The notes: generated from the sequence alone by a model not told the origin. Positions 44,687 through 54,519 are shown, counted from the stretch's first letter. The stretch: DNA of 64,000 nt from a candidate division WWE3 bacterium (GCA_012798115.1 JAAZNV010000006.1:155971-219970), one strand, 5' to 3'. Numbers and translations are program-made.

Positions 44687-46513
44687 ATGATTTCAAGGAG
44701 AAAAAAGAAGTTACCGCTTGAAGATTGGAGGATTAATATCATTTTTGTATGTTTCATTCTCTTCTTTTTCTTGATAATTCTTAGGCTTTTTACCATTCAA
44801 ATTTTAAATCATGAAAAATATTCGGATTTAGCTCAAGACCAATATTGGGATCAAACAACAATTTCTGCTAAGAGAGGTGATATTTTAAGTTCTGATGGGT
44901 ATGTCCTTGCAGGAACTCAGACTTATTACTTAATGTTTGGGGAGCCAAAGAAGATAAAAGATCCTTACCAAGTTGCAGATGATCTTGCTAGTATTTTAGT
45001 TGATCTAAGGTATAAAGAAACAGAAAAATCTGGAGATTCTGCTCAATGGAAAACTAAAGAAGACGTGAAAAAAGATTATTTTAACTCGATATATAAAGCT
45101 CTTTCTTTAGATTTGCTTTGGGTTCCTCTCCAAAAGGAGATTACTCCTGTAGAAAAGGAGATAATTGAAGGGAAAGATATTAAAGGTATTGGCTTTGATG
45201 ATATGCCAATCAGGTATTACCCGGAAGGTTCTCTTGCTAGCCATGTGCTTGGTTTTGTTGCTAGTAATGATAAAGGAGAAAAGACTGGTTATTATGGCAT
45301 AGAAGGTGGCTTAAACAATGATTTGAAAGGAAAACCTGGAAAGCTTTTTGAGGAAACAGATGCTGTGGGGTTACCAATTTTAATGGGTAGTTATAAAAAA
45401 GTTGAACCCGTACAAGGCAGGAATGTAGTTTTAACAATAAATAGATCTATTCAATACATTGTAGAAAAAAGACTAAAAGAAGCCGTAGAAAAATATGATG
45501 CTGTTTCAGGAAGTATTATTGTTATGAACCCTTTTACAGGTGAAGTTTTGGCTATGGCTAACTATCCAACTTACTATCCTTTTGATTTTACTGCTGAAGA
45601 AAAAACCAGTGAAGATCAAAGAAGAAAAGATGTAGAAAGAAAAAATTTAACAATATCTGATACCTATGAACCAGGATCTGTAATTAAACCTTTGACTATA
45701 TCTGCAGCTATTGATCTAGGCATAGTTACTCCAACTACTACATATCAAGATAGTGGTCCTACAAGATACTCTGATTATGTTATAGATAATTGGGATGGCA
45801 AGCATTATGGACTGATGAATATAATTGAACTTCTCCAAAAATCAAATAACATTGGAGCAGCTTGGGTTGGTCATCAAGTTGGAAGGGAAGACCTTTATAA
45901 ATACTTTTCTAACTTTGGATTAGGAGTAAAGACAAATATTGATCTTGAAGGAGAAGATAGTGGAATACTTAGAGACTTTAAAGAATGGACAGATATAGAC
46001 ACAGCAACAGCTTCTTTTGGACAAGGGTTGTCAGCAACACCTCTTCAAGTTCTAAATGCTTTTAACGTCATTGCAAATGGAGGATACCTTCTACAACCTA
46101 AAATAATATCCAAATTAATTGATGAAAAAGGATCTGCAGATATCCCAGTAAAAGTTATTAGACAAGTAATGTCTAAGGAAACGTCAAATACTATGATAGA
46201 TCTTCTGGAAAAGGCTGCAGAAGGGGGAGAAGCTAAGTATTTTATTCTAAAGGATTATAGAGTTTCTGGTAAAACAGGAACAGCTCAGATACCAGAAGGA
46301 GGAAAATACTCTCCTGATAGGACAAATGCTACTTTTGTAGGTTTTATGACCGGCTCTAAAGCTTTTTCTATGATAGTAAAGTTTGAAGAACCAGAAACTT
46401 CTATATATGCTGCTGAGACGGCAGCACCTGTTTGGATGCAAATTGCTTTGGATTTAGTTAACTTTTTTGGAATACCTCCGGATAAAGTTATTAATCCAGC
46501 AACGAAAAATTAA
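44687..46513 (+). CDS. ftsI: Penicillin-binding protein, a transpeptidase of the FtsI/PBP2 class.
   Basis: An N-terminal transmembrane segment, the SxxK motif 'GSVIKP' and the KTG motif 'SGKTGTA' are present. Confidence 0.85.
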   Translation: MISRRKKKLPLEDWRINIIFVCFILFFFLIILRLFTIQILNHEKYSDLAQDQYWDQTTISAKRGDILSSDGYVLAGTQTYYLMFGEPKKIKDPYQVADDLASILVDLRYKETEKSGDSAQWKTKEDVKKDYFNSIYKALSLDLLWVPLQKEITPVEKEIIEGKDIKGIGFDDMPIRYYPEGSLASHVLGFVASNDKGEKTGYYGIEGGLNNDLKGKPGKLFEETDAVGLPILMGSYKKVEPVQGRNVVLTINRSIQYIVEKRLKEAVEKYDAVSGSIIVMNPFTGEVLAMANYPTYYPFDFTAEEKTSEDQRRKDVERKNLTISDTYEPGSVIKPLTISAAIDLGIVTPTTTYQDSGPTRYSDYVIDNWDGKHYGLMNIIELLQKSNNIGAAWVGHQVGREDLYKYFSNFGLGVKTNIDLEGEDSGILRDFKEWTDIDTATASFGQGLSATPLQVLNAFNVIANGGYLLQPKIISKLIDEKGSADIPVKVIRQVMSKETSNTMIDLLEKAAEGGEAKYFILKDYRVSGKTGTAQIPEGGKYSPDRTNATFVGFMTGSKAFSMIVKFEEPETSIYAAETAAPVWMQIALDLVNFFGIPPDKVINPATKN

Positions 46514-46631
46514 TTCATCTATTTTTACTAGATAATCACTACTTTTCAAAGATGCAGAAAGCTGTATCTTTGTATTTAGAAGAAGAGAACTAACAAGAGT
46601 TAAGAGTAGGAACAAAGGTAAGGTTGCAACA

Positions 46632-46683
46632 AAGCTGGGGAAGGAATTCATTTCCTTTAAACCCCAGCTTTTTGTTTTCTTAA
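46632..46683 (+). terminator. Rho-independent terminator after ftsI.
   Basis: A stem 'AAAGCTGGGG'/'CCCCAGCTTT' with a 21-nt loop is followed by 'TTTGTTTTCTT'. Confidence 0.55.
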
Positions 46684-46743
46684 GTACTTCTTTAATCTTT
46701 ATTCATTGTTTACTTATTTACTCCTATTTTGTAGTATTTATTT

Positions 46744-47148
46744 ATGCCTAAGAAAATATTATTTATTGAAGATGATGAAGGTTTTTTTAATATATTCTCT
46801 GTTCCACTAAAAATGAAAGGTTATGATATTGTTCATGTTTCTGATGGGTCCCTTGCCGTTGAAAAGGTGATTTCAGAGAAGCCTGATTTGGTTCTTCTTG
46901 ATATAGTTCTACCAGGGACAAGTGGCTTAGATGTCTTAAAAGAACTAAGGGAAAGGGAAGAGACTAAGTTAACTAAGATAGTGATGCTGACCAATTTTGG
47001 AAGTGATGACAACATTGCAAGAGCCATGGAGTACGGAGCAAGTGATTACTTAATGAAGTACAACATTGTCCCTTCTGAACTCCCAAGTAAAATAGCTGGG
47101 TTTTTAGGTGAAACACAGGAATCTGTGGTAAAAGTAACTGAGTCTTAA
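46744..47148 (+). CDS. Stand-alone response regulator receiver (CheY-like).
   Basis: 'KILFIEDDE' and 'DLVLLDIVLPGTSGLDVLKELR' are present. There is no output domain. Confidence 0.8.
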   Translation: MPKKILFIEDDEGFFNIFSVPLKMKGYDIVHVSDGSLAVEKVISEKPDLVLLDIVLPGTSGLDVLKELREREETKLTKIVMLTNFGSDDNIARAMEYGASDYLMKYNIVPSELPSKIAGFLGETQESVVKVTES

Positions 47149-47157
47149 ACTGCCCAA

Positions 47158-47988
47158 ATGCAAGTATATATTTTAAATATATTAGTAATAGTAGAGTCTA
47201 TCCTTTTGCTTATCACTTCTCTTATTCTTTTTTCCAAAACGAGAAATTTAACAAATCTAAAAAAATATGAAGAAGCTTTAATTAATGCACAAGCTGAGCA
47301 ACAAGCAAAGGAAAATGACTTTTTTCCAATGTTAGTTCATGAACTAAGAGCACCTCTGTCTGTAATTCAAGGTGCAGCAGATCTTCTTATTAAAAGCACA
47401 GAAGATTTAAACGCGGAACAAATTCATACTCTTTTAAACCAAATAAAAATATCTTCTTCAAGTTTACTTGAAATGGTTGGAGAGATTTTAGATGTCTCTA
47501 AAATGGAAGGTGGAAAATTTCAGATTAATAAAACCTATGGATCCATAGAAGATGTATTAAAAGAACAATGTAGCTACTTTGAACCTGTTGCAAAAGTTAG
47601 AAAAGTTACATTATCTTGCCCGAAGTTAGAAGATCTTCCTAGTTTTAGTTTTGACCCAGAAAGGATAAAGCAAGTATTAAATAATTTAATATCAAATGCC
47701 ATTAAATTTAGCTTAGAAGGCGGCTCCATTGTTATAACATCAAAGAAAGATTATGGTTTTGTTAGAATTGAAGTTGTTGATAATGGCGTTGGGGTGGCTG
47801 ATAAAGATAAGCCTCTTCTTTTTCAAAAGTTTTTTCAAGCATCAAACCATAAAGATATAAAAGAGAAGGGCACTGGTTTAGGACTTGTCATTGCAAAAGG
47901 TATAGTTGAAGCTCATGGTGGAAAAATATGGGTGGAAGACAATAAACCTAAAGGCTCTAAGTTTATATTTACGATTCCTTTAAGGTAG
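47158..47988 (+). CDS. Sensor histidine kinase (HisKA plus HATPase_c) with one N-terminal transmembrane segment.
   Basis: The H-box 'HELRAPLSVIQG', N-box 'NLISNAIKF', 'VVDNGVGV' and 'GTGLGLVIAKGIVEAHGG' are present. Confidence 0.8.
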   Translation: MQVYILNILVIVESILLLITSLILFSKTRNLTNLKKYEEALINAQAEQQAKENDFFPMLVHELRAPLSVIQGAADLLIKSTEDLNAEQIHTLLNQIKISSSSLLEMVGEILDVSKMEGGKFQINKTYGSIEDVLKEQCSYFEPVAKVRKVTLSCPKLEDLPSFSFDPERIKQVLNNLISNAIKFSLEGGSIVITSKKDYGFVRIEVVDNGVGVADKDKPLLFQKFFQASNHKDIKEKGTGLGLVIAKGIVEAHGGKIWVEDNKPKGSKFIFTIPLR

Positions 47989-48044
47989 ATTTAAACATTT
48001 AAATTAGTATTGTTCCTAAATTTTTTCAATGTTACTATTTTTAT

Positions 48045-50330
48045 ATGAATAAACAAACTGCTCATATACTTTGGTTTAAGGATATTAGAAAAACAGATAT
48101 CCCGTTAGTTGGAGGAAAAGGAGCTAATTTAGGTGAAATGGTAAGTATAGGAATACCTGTCCCCGATGGCTTTGTGGTTACTGCTAAAGCTTACTTTGAT
48201 TTTATTAATTCCACTTCAATTAGGAAAAAAATATTAACAGAGTTAAATGATCTTGATGTAGATGACCAAGATAAGTTAATGAGAGCTTCTGTAAATATTA
48301 AAACAGCTATTCTTCAAGCTGAAATGCCTAGGGAGCTATCTGAAGAGATAAAGAAATACTACTTGGAACTTTGCGGGGAAACAGACAAGTTAGTAGCAGT
48401 GAGATCATCAGCAACAGCGGAAGATCTTCCTGAAGCTTCCTTTGCAGGTCAACAAGCATCATTTCTTGAAATAAAAGGATGGCAAAATGTAGTTAAACAT
48501 GTTCAAAAGTGTTGGGCATCTTTATTTGAAGCTAGAGCTATCTTTTACAGGGTGACTAATAAGTTTTCACATATGAAGGTAGGAATTGCAGTTCCTGTGC
48601 AGTTAATGGTCCAATCTGATGTATCTGGGATAATGTTTACGGTGAATCCTGTAACCAACAACAGAGATGAAGTGTCTGTGGAGGCAGGATTTGGTCTTGG
48701 GGAACCAATTGTGCTTGGAGAGTTTACCCCTGATCAATACATTGTAAACAAAAAAGCAAGGAAGATAGTGTCAAGATTTATAGCTACTCAAACTTGGCAG
48801 ACCACAATAGCTGGAAAGAAAGTTCCTGTATCTAAGAAGTATCAAAAAGTGCAAAAACTCACTAACAAGCAAATAATAGACCTTACTGAATTTGGTATAA
48901 AGTTAGAGGAGCATTATGATCATCCTCAAGATATTGAGTACGGTATAGAAGATGGAAGGATAAGAATAGTTCAAACAAGGCCAGTTACTACCCTTGTTAA
49001 TAAGACTGCAAATGTTGTAATTAAAGAAAAGGAAGGTACAAAAGCTATTCTTGAAGGTTTAGCAGCTTCGCCAGGAGTAGCATCTGGGAAAGTTAGGATA
49101 GTTAAAGAGCCTAAAGAGATAAGCAAGGTAAGAGAAGGAGATATTTTAGTAGCTGAAATGACTAATCCTGATTATGTGCCTGCTATGAAAAGAGCAGTAG
49201 CTATTGTTACTGATTTAGGGGGAAGAACTAGCCATGCTGCAATAGTTAGTAGAGAGCTTGGGGTTCCAGCAATTGTTGGGACTTTAAACGCCACTAAAAT
49301 GCTTTCTAATGGAGAAGTAATAACAGTAGATGGTAGATCAGGGAAAGTTTATGAGGGTGATATCACTAAGGTTGTTGAGGAAACTAGTAAATCAAAGATA
49401 GATTTATCAAAAGTTAAAACAGCTACAAAGATATATGTAAATCTTGCTGAGCCAGAACTTGCATCAGAAATGGCAGTAAGAAATACAGATGGTGTTGGAC
49501 TTTTAAGAGCTGAGTTTATCATGGCAAACATTGGAACACATCCAAAGAAATTCATTAAAGATGGGAAGAAAAAAGAATTTATTATAAAGCTAGCAGAAGG
49601 AATTGAAAAATTTGCAGAAGCTTTTAATCCCAGGCCAGTTGTTTACAGATTTAATGATTTTAAGTCAAATGAGTATGCAAATCTCAAGGGTGGCAAAGAG
49701 TTTGAGCAAGATGAGCCGAATCCAATGATAGGTTATAGAGGAGTGTCTAGGTATATAAAAGATGCTGACGTATTTGAAATGGAGCTTGAGGCCATAAAAA
49801 TAGTAAGGAACAAGAAAGGATTAAAAAATCTTTGGGTTATGATGCCTTTTGTTAGAACAGTAGGAGAACTACGAGAGGTTAAAAGAATAGTTTCTGCTTC
49901 GGGTTTAAGAAGAGGAGGTACGTTTAAATTTTGGATGATGATCGAAATTCCTTCAAATGTAATTTTACTTGATGAATTTATTGACGAAGGAATAGATGGT
50001 GTTTCTATTGGAACAAATGATTTAACAATGTTGACCTTAGGGCTTGATAGGGACAATGAGAAGATTGCTGATATTTACAATGAAATGGACCCTGCTGTTT
50101 TATGGTCTTTAGAAAGAATAGTAACTACATGTAAAAAAAGAAAAATAACATGTTCTGTGTGTGGACAAGCCCCATCAGTATTTCCTGAGCTAGTAGAAAT
50201 GCTTGTTGATTGGGGTGTTACGTCTGTATCAGTAAGCCCTGACGTCATTGAGAAAACAAGAAGTGTTGTATATGAAGCAGAAAAGAAAGTTTTATCTAAA
50301 AAAGGTAAAGATAACAAGGATAAGAGGTAG
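48045..50330 (+). CDS. ppsA: Phosphoenolpyruvate synthase (pyruvate, water dikinase).
   Basis: 'VGGKGANLGEM', the phospho-His domain 'GGRTSHAAIVSRELGVPAIVG' and a C-terminal PEP-utilising TIM barrel are present. Length is 761 aa. Confidence 0.8.
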   Translation: MNKQTAHILWFKDIRKTDIPLVGGKGANLGEMVSIGIPVPDGFVVTAKAYFDFINSTSIRKKILTELNDLDVDDQDKLMRASVNIKTAILQAEMPRELSEEIKKYYLELCGETDKLVAVRSSATAEDLPEASFAGQQASFLEIKGWQNVVKHVQKCWASLFEARAIFYRVTNKFSHMKVGIAVPVQLMVQSDVSGIMFTVNPVTNNRDEVSVEAGFGLGEPIVLGEFTPDQYIVNKKARKIVSRFIATQTWQTTIAGKKVPVSKKYQKVQKLTNKQIIDLTEFGIKLEEHYDHPQDIEYGIEDGRIRIVQTRPVTTLVNKTANVVIKEKEGTKAILEGLAASPGVASGKVRIVKEPKEISKVREGDILVAEMTNPDYVPAMKRAVAIVTDLGGRTSHAAIVSRELGVPAIVGTLNATKMLSNGEVITVDGRSGKVYEGDITKVVEETSKSKIDLSKVKTATKIYVNLAEPELASEMAVRNTDGVGLLRAEFIMANIGTHPKKFIKDGKKKEFIIKLAEGIEKFAEAFNPRPVVYRFNDFKSNEYANLKGGKEFEQDEPNPMIGYRGVSRYIKDADVFEMELEAIKIVRNKKGLKNLWVMMPFVRTVGELREVKRIVSASGLRRGGTFKFWMMIEIPSNVILLDEFIDEGIDGVSIGTNDLTMLTLGLDRDNEKIADIYNEMDPAVLWSLERIVTTCKKRKITCSVCGQAPSVFPELVEMLVDWGVTSVSVSPDVIEKTRSVVYEAEKKVLSKKGKDNKDKR

Positions 50331-50338
50331 TAACTTGT

Positions 50339-51565
50339 ATGCCTAGGATAGAAAATATTAGATGCCAAAAGATTCTTGATTCAAGAGGAAATTGGACGAT
50401 AGAAACAAAGGTTGTTTTGGATGATGGTACTGTTGCTGTTCAACCGGTTCCGTCTGGTGCTTCTGTTGGAGAAAATGAAGCAGTGTATATTGATGAAGAA
50501 AAAGCGTCTGATTTTGTTTCCACATCAATAAATGATGTTCTTCAAGGAAAGGATCCTAGCAATCAAGTTTTAGTAGATGAAACTTTAATAAAAATGGATG
50601 GTACCCACAACAAAAGTAAATTAGGAGCAAATAGCATTTTATCCGTGTCATTGGCAGTAGCCAAGGCTTCTGCTTTGTCTCAAGGTAAAGAACTTTATGA
50701 GCATATTAGTGTTCTTTACTCTGGGAAAGAAAAGAATAATGGAGACTTAAGGTTTCCAAGTCCAATCTTTAACATTATAAATGGTGGAAAACATGCTAGG
50801 AATAATCTTTCATTTCAAGAGTTTATACTTATTCCAGCCCTTAACATTCCTTTAAATAAAGCTATTGAGATGGGGGCTAGTGTTTATAAAGATTTAAAGC
50901 AAATATTATCTAATGAAGACTTTGAGACTGGAGTAGGTGATGAAGGTGGCTTTGAGCCTCATGGCTTATCTTGTGATACTGCCTTGGATTTCCTACAACG
51001 GGCAGTAAGTAAACAATATGAAGCTGGAAGAGATTTCTTCTTTGGCGTAGACGTAGCTGCTGGTTCATTTTATGAAGATAATAAATATCATATTAATGAA
51101 GAACATCTTGAGCTTTCTTCAAATGAACTAATTGATTACTATATAAAATTATTGTCTAAGTATGAACTTATATATCTTGAGGACCCACTATTTGAAAAAG
51201 ATGATACTTCTTGGAAGGAAATTTACAAAAAGCTTTCAAGCAAATTAATGATTGTTGGAGATGATCTTGTTGCAACTAATCCTAAAATACTTGAGAAAGT
51301 AATTAAAGAAAAAATATTAAATTCAGTGATTGTAAAACCCAATCAAATAGGAACATTAACTGAAACCTTAGAGTTTATAAGAACAGCAAAAAAGGCAAAG
51401 TTGAGTGTTATCGTTTCCCACAGAAGTGGAGAAAACCCAAATGATACCTTTATATCAGATCTTGCTGTTGCAGTTAATGCTGATTTTATTAAGTCAGGAG
51501 CTCCAGCAAGAGGGGAGAGGGTAGCAAAGTATAACAGGCTTCTTGAGATATTTTACGGATTTTAA
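50339..51565 (+). CDS. eno: Enolase.
   Basis: 'ILDSRGNWTIETKV' and 'SHRSGE' are present, and the protein is 408 aa. Confidence 0.9.
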   Translation: MPRIENIRCQKILDSRGNWTIETKVVLDDGTVAVQPVPSGASVGENEAVYIDEEKASDFVSTSINDVLQGKDPSNQVLVDETLIKMDGTHNKSKLGANSILSVSLAVAKASALSQGKELYEHISVLYSGKEKNNGDLRFPSPIFNIINGGKHARNNLSFQEFILIPALNIPLNKAIEMGASVYKDLKQILSNEDFETGVGDEGGFEPHGLSCDTALDFLQRAVSKQYEAGRDFFFGVDVAAGSFYEDNKYHINEEHLELSSNELIDYYIKLLSKYELIYLEDPLFEKDDTSWKEIYKKLSSKLMIVGDDLVATNPKILEKVIKEKILNSVIVKPNQIGTLTETLEFIRTAKKAKLSVIVSHRSGENPNDTFISDLAVAVNADFIKSGAPARGERVAKYNRLLEIFYGF

Positions 51566-52884
51566 TTCTTTATCACATACGCTGCGTAGTCTTGTCCTAA
51601 TGGAGTTTCTATCCTTGCTGTTTCTTCATTGCTTAAATGCTCAAAATGTTTTCTAAACCCTCTTATTGAGTTGCCATGACAAGAAATAGCGATTTTAACT
51701 TTTGTTCCTTTAACTTGTTTTATTAAGTCATCGCAAAAGCTAGCTACTCTTTCACACACCATTTCTATGCTTTCTCCACTTGGTGGGGTGTAATCATAGG
51801 CTCTTCTTATCTTTTTTAGTTCTTCTGGATCTTTAAGTTGAATTTCAAGTTTGCTCTTACCGGTGAAGTCTCCATAAGATCTTTCTTTTATTCTTTCATC
51901 AGTTTCTATTTCAAGGTCTTTTGCAAACTTATTTAAGGACATAGCTATTTTCATCGTTTCTATAGCTCTTAACTGTGGGGATGATATTAACTTGTCAAAT
52001 TTTATACCTTTTAACTTCTTTGCAAGTACCTTTGCTTGTTTCTCACCTTCTTTGGTTAGTTTTGATTCTCTCCACCCACTAAATATAAAGTCTTTATTGT
52101 CCTGAGTTTGTCCATGTCTAAATATGTAAATGGTTGGGTAATCATCAGATTCTTCTTTAGGTAGTTCATCTACCTTTTTGTAATTAAGTAAATCTTTTGC
52201 TTCTTGTTCTTTATTACTATTCCCTAAATTATTTTCTCCATTGGTCATTAGTTTTGATCTTTGTTTATAACCCCAGAATAAGAGAGCAAGAATTCCAATC
52301 ACGATAATTATTTGCATTATTGTTTCTGATTTATTCAAACCATTTACTAAGGACTCAGATGCTGAAAGTCCGGTGTACCCAAGGTATAAAAAGAATAAGC
52401 TTCTAATTATTGTTCCAAAGAATGTAGATACAATAAAGTTCTTTTTGTTTAGTTTAATAAATCCACAGGTTATAGATATTGGAGAACTAGGTATTATTGG
52501 AATTGATCTTAAAGCGAAAAGCACTAACCAATCTCTTTTTGTTCCATTGAAGTATTTTCCAATCTTTTCAATGTTTTCATGTTTTATTCCAAAGAATTTA
52601 CCAAATTTAGGAATAAATACATCCTCCAATTTATCAGTAATTATGTATAAAAACCATGCTCCTAAAGTTTTTGATACAGATGCAAGAAGAGCAACCATTA
52701 GAATATAGATTAAAGCTTTGTCTTGAGCTCTTGTTATAGATCCTGCGGTAGTTAGTACAAAAGGAGATGGTATTGGAGCTACAACTTCCTCAAGAAAGGA
52801 ACCAATGACAGTAAATATCTCAAGAGGTACTTTTGTAGCTAAGGCCTCTAAATATGTAAGTATTGGTTGAATTAAGTTAGTCAT
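51562..52884 (-). CDS. Fusion of a DedA/TVP38-family membrane domain with a C-terminal histidine phosphatase domain (phosphoglycerate-mutase family).
   Basis: The N-terminal ~190 aa are DedA-like. After a transmembrane segment and linker comes 'TIYIFRHGQTQDN...SGWRE' (the RHG motif), then 'ISCHGNSIRG'. Confidence 0.6.
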   Translation of the reverse strand: MTNLIQPILTYLEALATKVPLEIFTVIGSFLEEVVAPIPSPFVLTTAGSITRAQDKALIYILMVALLASVSKTLGAWFLYIITDKLEDVFIPKFGKFFGIKHENIEKIGKYFNGTKRDWLVLFALRSIPIIPSSPISITCGFIKLNKKNFIVSTFFGTIIRSLFFLYLGYTGLSASESLVNGLNKSETIMQIIIVIGILALLFWGYKQRSKLMTNGENNLGNSNKEQEAKDLLNYKKVDELPKEESDDYPTIYIFRHGQTQDNKDFIFSGWRESKLTKEGEKQAKVLAKKLKGIKFDKLISSPQLRAIETMKIAMSLNKFAKDLEIETDERIKERSYGDFTGKSKLEIQLKDPEELKKIRRAYDYTPPSGESIEMVCERVASFCDDLIKQVKGTKVKIAISCHGNSIRGFRKHFEHLSNEETARIETPLGQDYAAYVIKN

Positions 52885-52983
52885 ACTGTAAGCAAGTTTA
52901 AGTTTACAGTACCGAGTTTAGTTAGTAAATCTAAATATTGGTAAGAAATAGCAGCTTAAAGTGCTTTACTTAATCCTATAGCC

Positions 52984-53012
52984 TTGACTGTGTGCTATCG
53001 ATATGCTAAGAT
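52984..53012 (+). promoter_or_regulatory. Sigma70-like promoter with TTGACT, a 17-nt spacer and TAAGAT.
   Basis: It lies 40 nt upstream of the strong Shine-Dalgarno 'AAAGGAGG' of the gene at 53053. Confidence 0.35.
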
Positions 53013-53052
53013 GATCGCAATCTTACGATAGAAAAATAAAAAGGAGGAAAGT

Positions 53053-53436
53053 ATGCCGTTTCCAATTGTATTTGGGATTCCGGAAGGGACATCCAAGGAG
53101 ACGTTGTCTGAGTTGCGCAAAGGTATTGTGTCATCAATTGTTACTACAATGGAAGTTCCTACTAATTGGGTTCATCCATTATTTGTCAGCGACCTGTTAG
53201 GTGAGGAACCTAAGGAAGAAACTGAAGGTTCTAATACCATCTATGTTCGTTTGGACACTGCAATGTTGCATGGAAAGACAGATGCAGATGATCTAGCTGT
53301 ACTGATAACAAGTGATTTGGCGCACGTGGTTCAGCAAACCTTTGGTGGAAAGTACGAGGTAGAGGTTTTTATCGGGGATCTAAACATCAAGTGGAGAACC
53401 CTTTTAAAACCTAACATGAAATCAACCGAAACTTAA
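53053..53436 (+). CDS. Tautomerase-superfamily-like protein with tandem beta-alpha-beta halves. Hypothetical.
   Basis: It begins 'MPFPIVFGIPEG...', a Pro-1 arrangement like 4-oxalocrotonate tautomerase. The second half 'IYVRLDTAMLHGKTDADDLAVLITSDLAHVV' repeats the pattern. It has a strong Shine-Dalgarno and about 43% GC. Confidence 0.4.
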   Translation: MPFPIVFGIPEGTSKETLSELRKGIVSSIVTTMEVPTNWVHPLFVSDLLGEEPKEETEGSNTIYVRLDTAMLHGKTDADDLAVLITSDLAHVVQQTFGGKYEVEVFIGDLNIKWRTLLKPNMKSTET

Positions 53437-53491
53437 CATTAGAGTGTACTCTTTAAAAGGGCCTTTGCTAAACACACTGGCCCTTTTCTTA

Positions 53492-54124
53492 TTAGTGATT
53501 GTATCTTCTAACAATTCCTGTTACCACACCCTGAACCTTAACTTGATTTGCATCAACAATGATTGGATCCATATTATCGTTGGCAGGTTGAAGTCTTATC
53601 TTTCCATTTTTTTCTTTATAAAAACTTTTTAAGGTAGCAAAACCATCATCAATTAAAGCTACAACTATTTGACCGTTTTCTGCAGTTTCTTGTTGTTTTA
53701 AAACAACATAATCTCCATCCATTATTCCTTCATTTATCATTGAAGAACCTTTGACTTGAAGAACAAAGCATCTTTTTGATTTAGAAACCATGTCGGGGGA
53801 TACCATTACTGTAGAAAGAGGATTTTCTATAGCTTCTATTGGCTCTCCAGCTGCAATATATCCAACTAATGGAAGCTCTATTGCACTTAAGTTTGCATTT
53901 ACAGACACATCAACAATTTCAATTCCTCTTACTGCTCCTTCGTATCTTTTAATAACACCTTTTCTTTCTAATGCTTGAAGATGTTCATGAACAGTTGCAA
54001 GAGAAGATAAGTCCATAGAATCTGCTATTTCTTGCAGAGTAGGTGAGTACCCATTAATCTGAATATACTGAGAAATAAAATCTAAAATTTGTTTTTGTTT
54101 TTTATAAAGAGTTACGGGGCTCAT
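53492..54124 (-). CDS. lexA: LexA repressor, an S24 peptidase.
   Basis: There is a winged HTH ('LQEIADSMDLSSLATVHEHLQALERKGVI'), a cleavage-site region 'IAAGEPIEA', Ser 'KGSSM' and Lys in 'KSF...'. The Shine-Dalgarno 'GGAGT' precedes ATG 54124. Confidence 0.85.
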   Translation of the reverse strand: MSPVTLYKKQKQILDFISQYIQINGYSPTLQEIADSMDLSSLATVHEHLQALERKGVIKRYEGAVRGIEIVDVSVNANLSAIELPLVGYIAAGEPIEAIENPLSTVMVSPDMVSKSKRCFVLQVKGSSMINEGIMDGDYVVLKQQETAENGQIVVALIDDGFATLKSFYKEKNGKIRLQPANDNMDPIIVDANQVKVQGVVTGIVRRYNH

Positions 54125-54162
54125 TTTTACTCCTTTTAGAAGAATAAACTTACGGATTTTCT

Positions 54163-54176
54163 TCGTATTTATACGA
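54163..54176. promoter_or_regulatory. Palindrome TCGTAT-TT-ATACGA in the lexA promoter region. Candidate operator.
   Basis: 6-bp inverted arms lie 39 to 52 nt upstream of the lexA start. It does not match any LexA box I know. Confidence 0.25.
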
Positions 54177-54203
54177 TACCGAATCTTATACGAATATGTC
54201 AAG

Positions 54204-54246
54204 AGGTAAAAAATTAGCACCTAGAAAGTTTTTTTATTCTAGGTGC
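54204..54246 (-). terminator. Rho-independent terminator on the minus strand, between the small gene at 54268 and lexA.
   Basis: A perfect 10-bp stem 'GCACCTAGAA'/'TTCTAGGTGC' with a 10-nt loop is followed on the minus strand by 'TAATTTTTTA'. Confidence 0.5.
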
Positions 54247-54267
54247 TATGTAAAAACGAAGTGCCTT

Positions 54268-54519
54268 TTAGCTTTTTTCTTTTACCATGCCAACATCACT
54301 TGGTTTCAGATTCTCTCTTAGGTAAATAAAAAGACCCTTATGTACACCTGAATCGATCTGAAAGCATTGAGGGAGTGCAGAAACGTTGCAGTTACAACAC
54401 CTAATTTTTGCTCCTTTTTCTATGGTGATAGTCCCACCAACTAACGCAGAAAAGTTTTCAGTATTTCTTTCTGCTACATAGGTTGAATCAACCTCCCACT
54501 CGTCTAACTTCTTATTCAA
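54268..54519 (-). CDS. Small Cys-containing hypothetical protein of 83 aa.
   Basis: The strong Shine-Dalgarno 'AAGGAGG' lies 5 nt before a TTG start. The protein contains 'RCCNCNVSALPQC'. Confidence 0.4.
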   Translation of the reverse strand: MNKKLDEWEVDSTYVAERNTENFSALVGGTITIEKGAKIRCCNCNVSALPQCFQIDSGVHKGLFIYLRENLKPSDVGMVKEKS

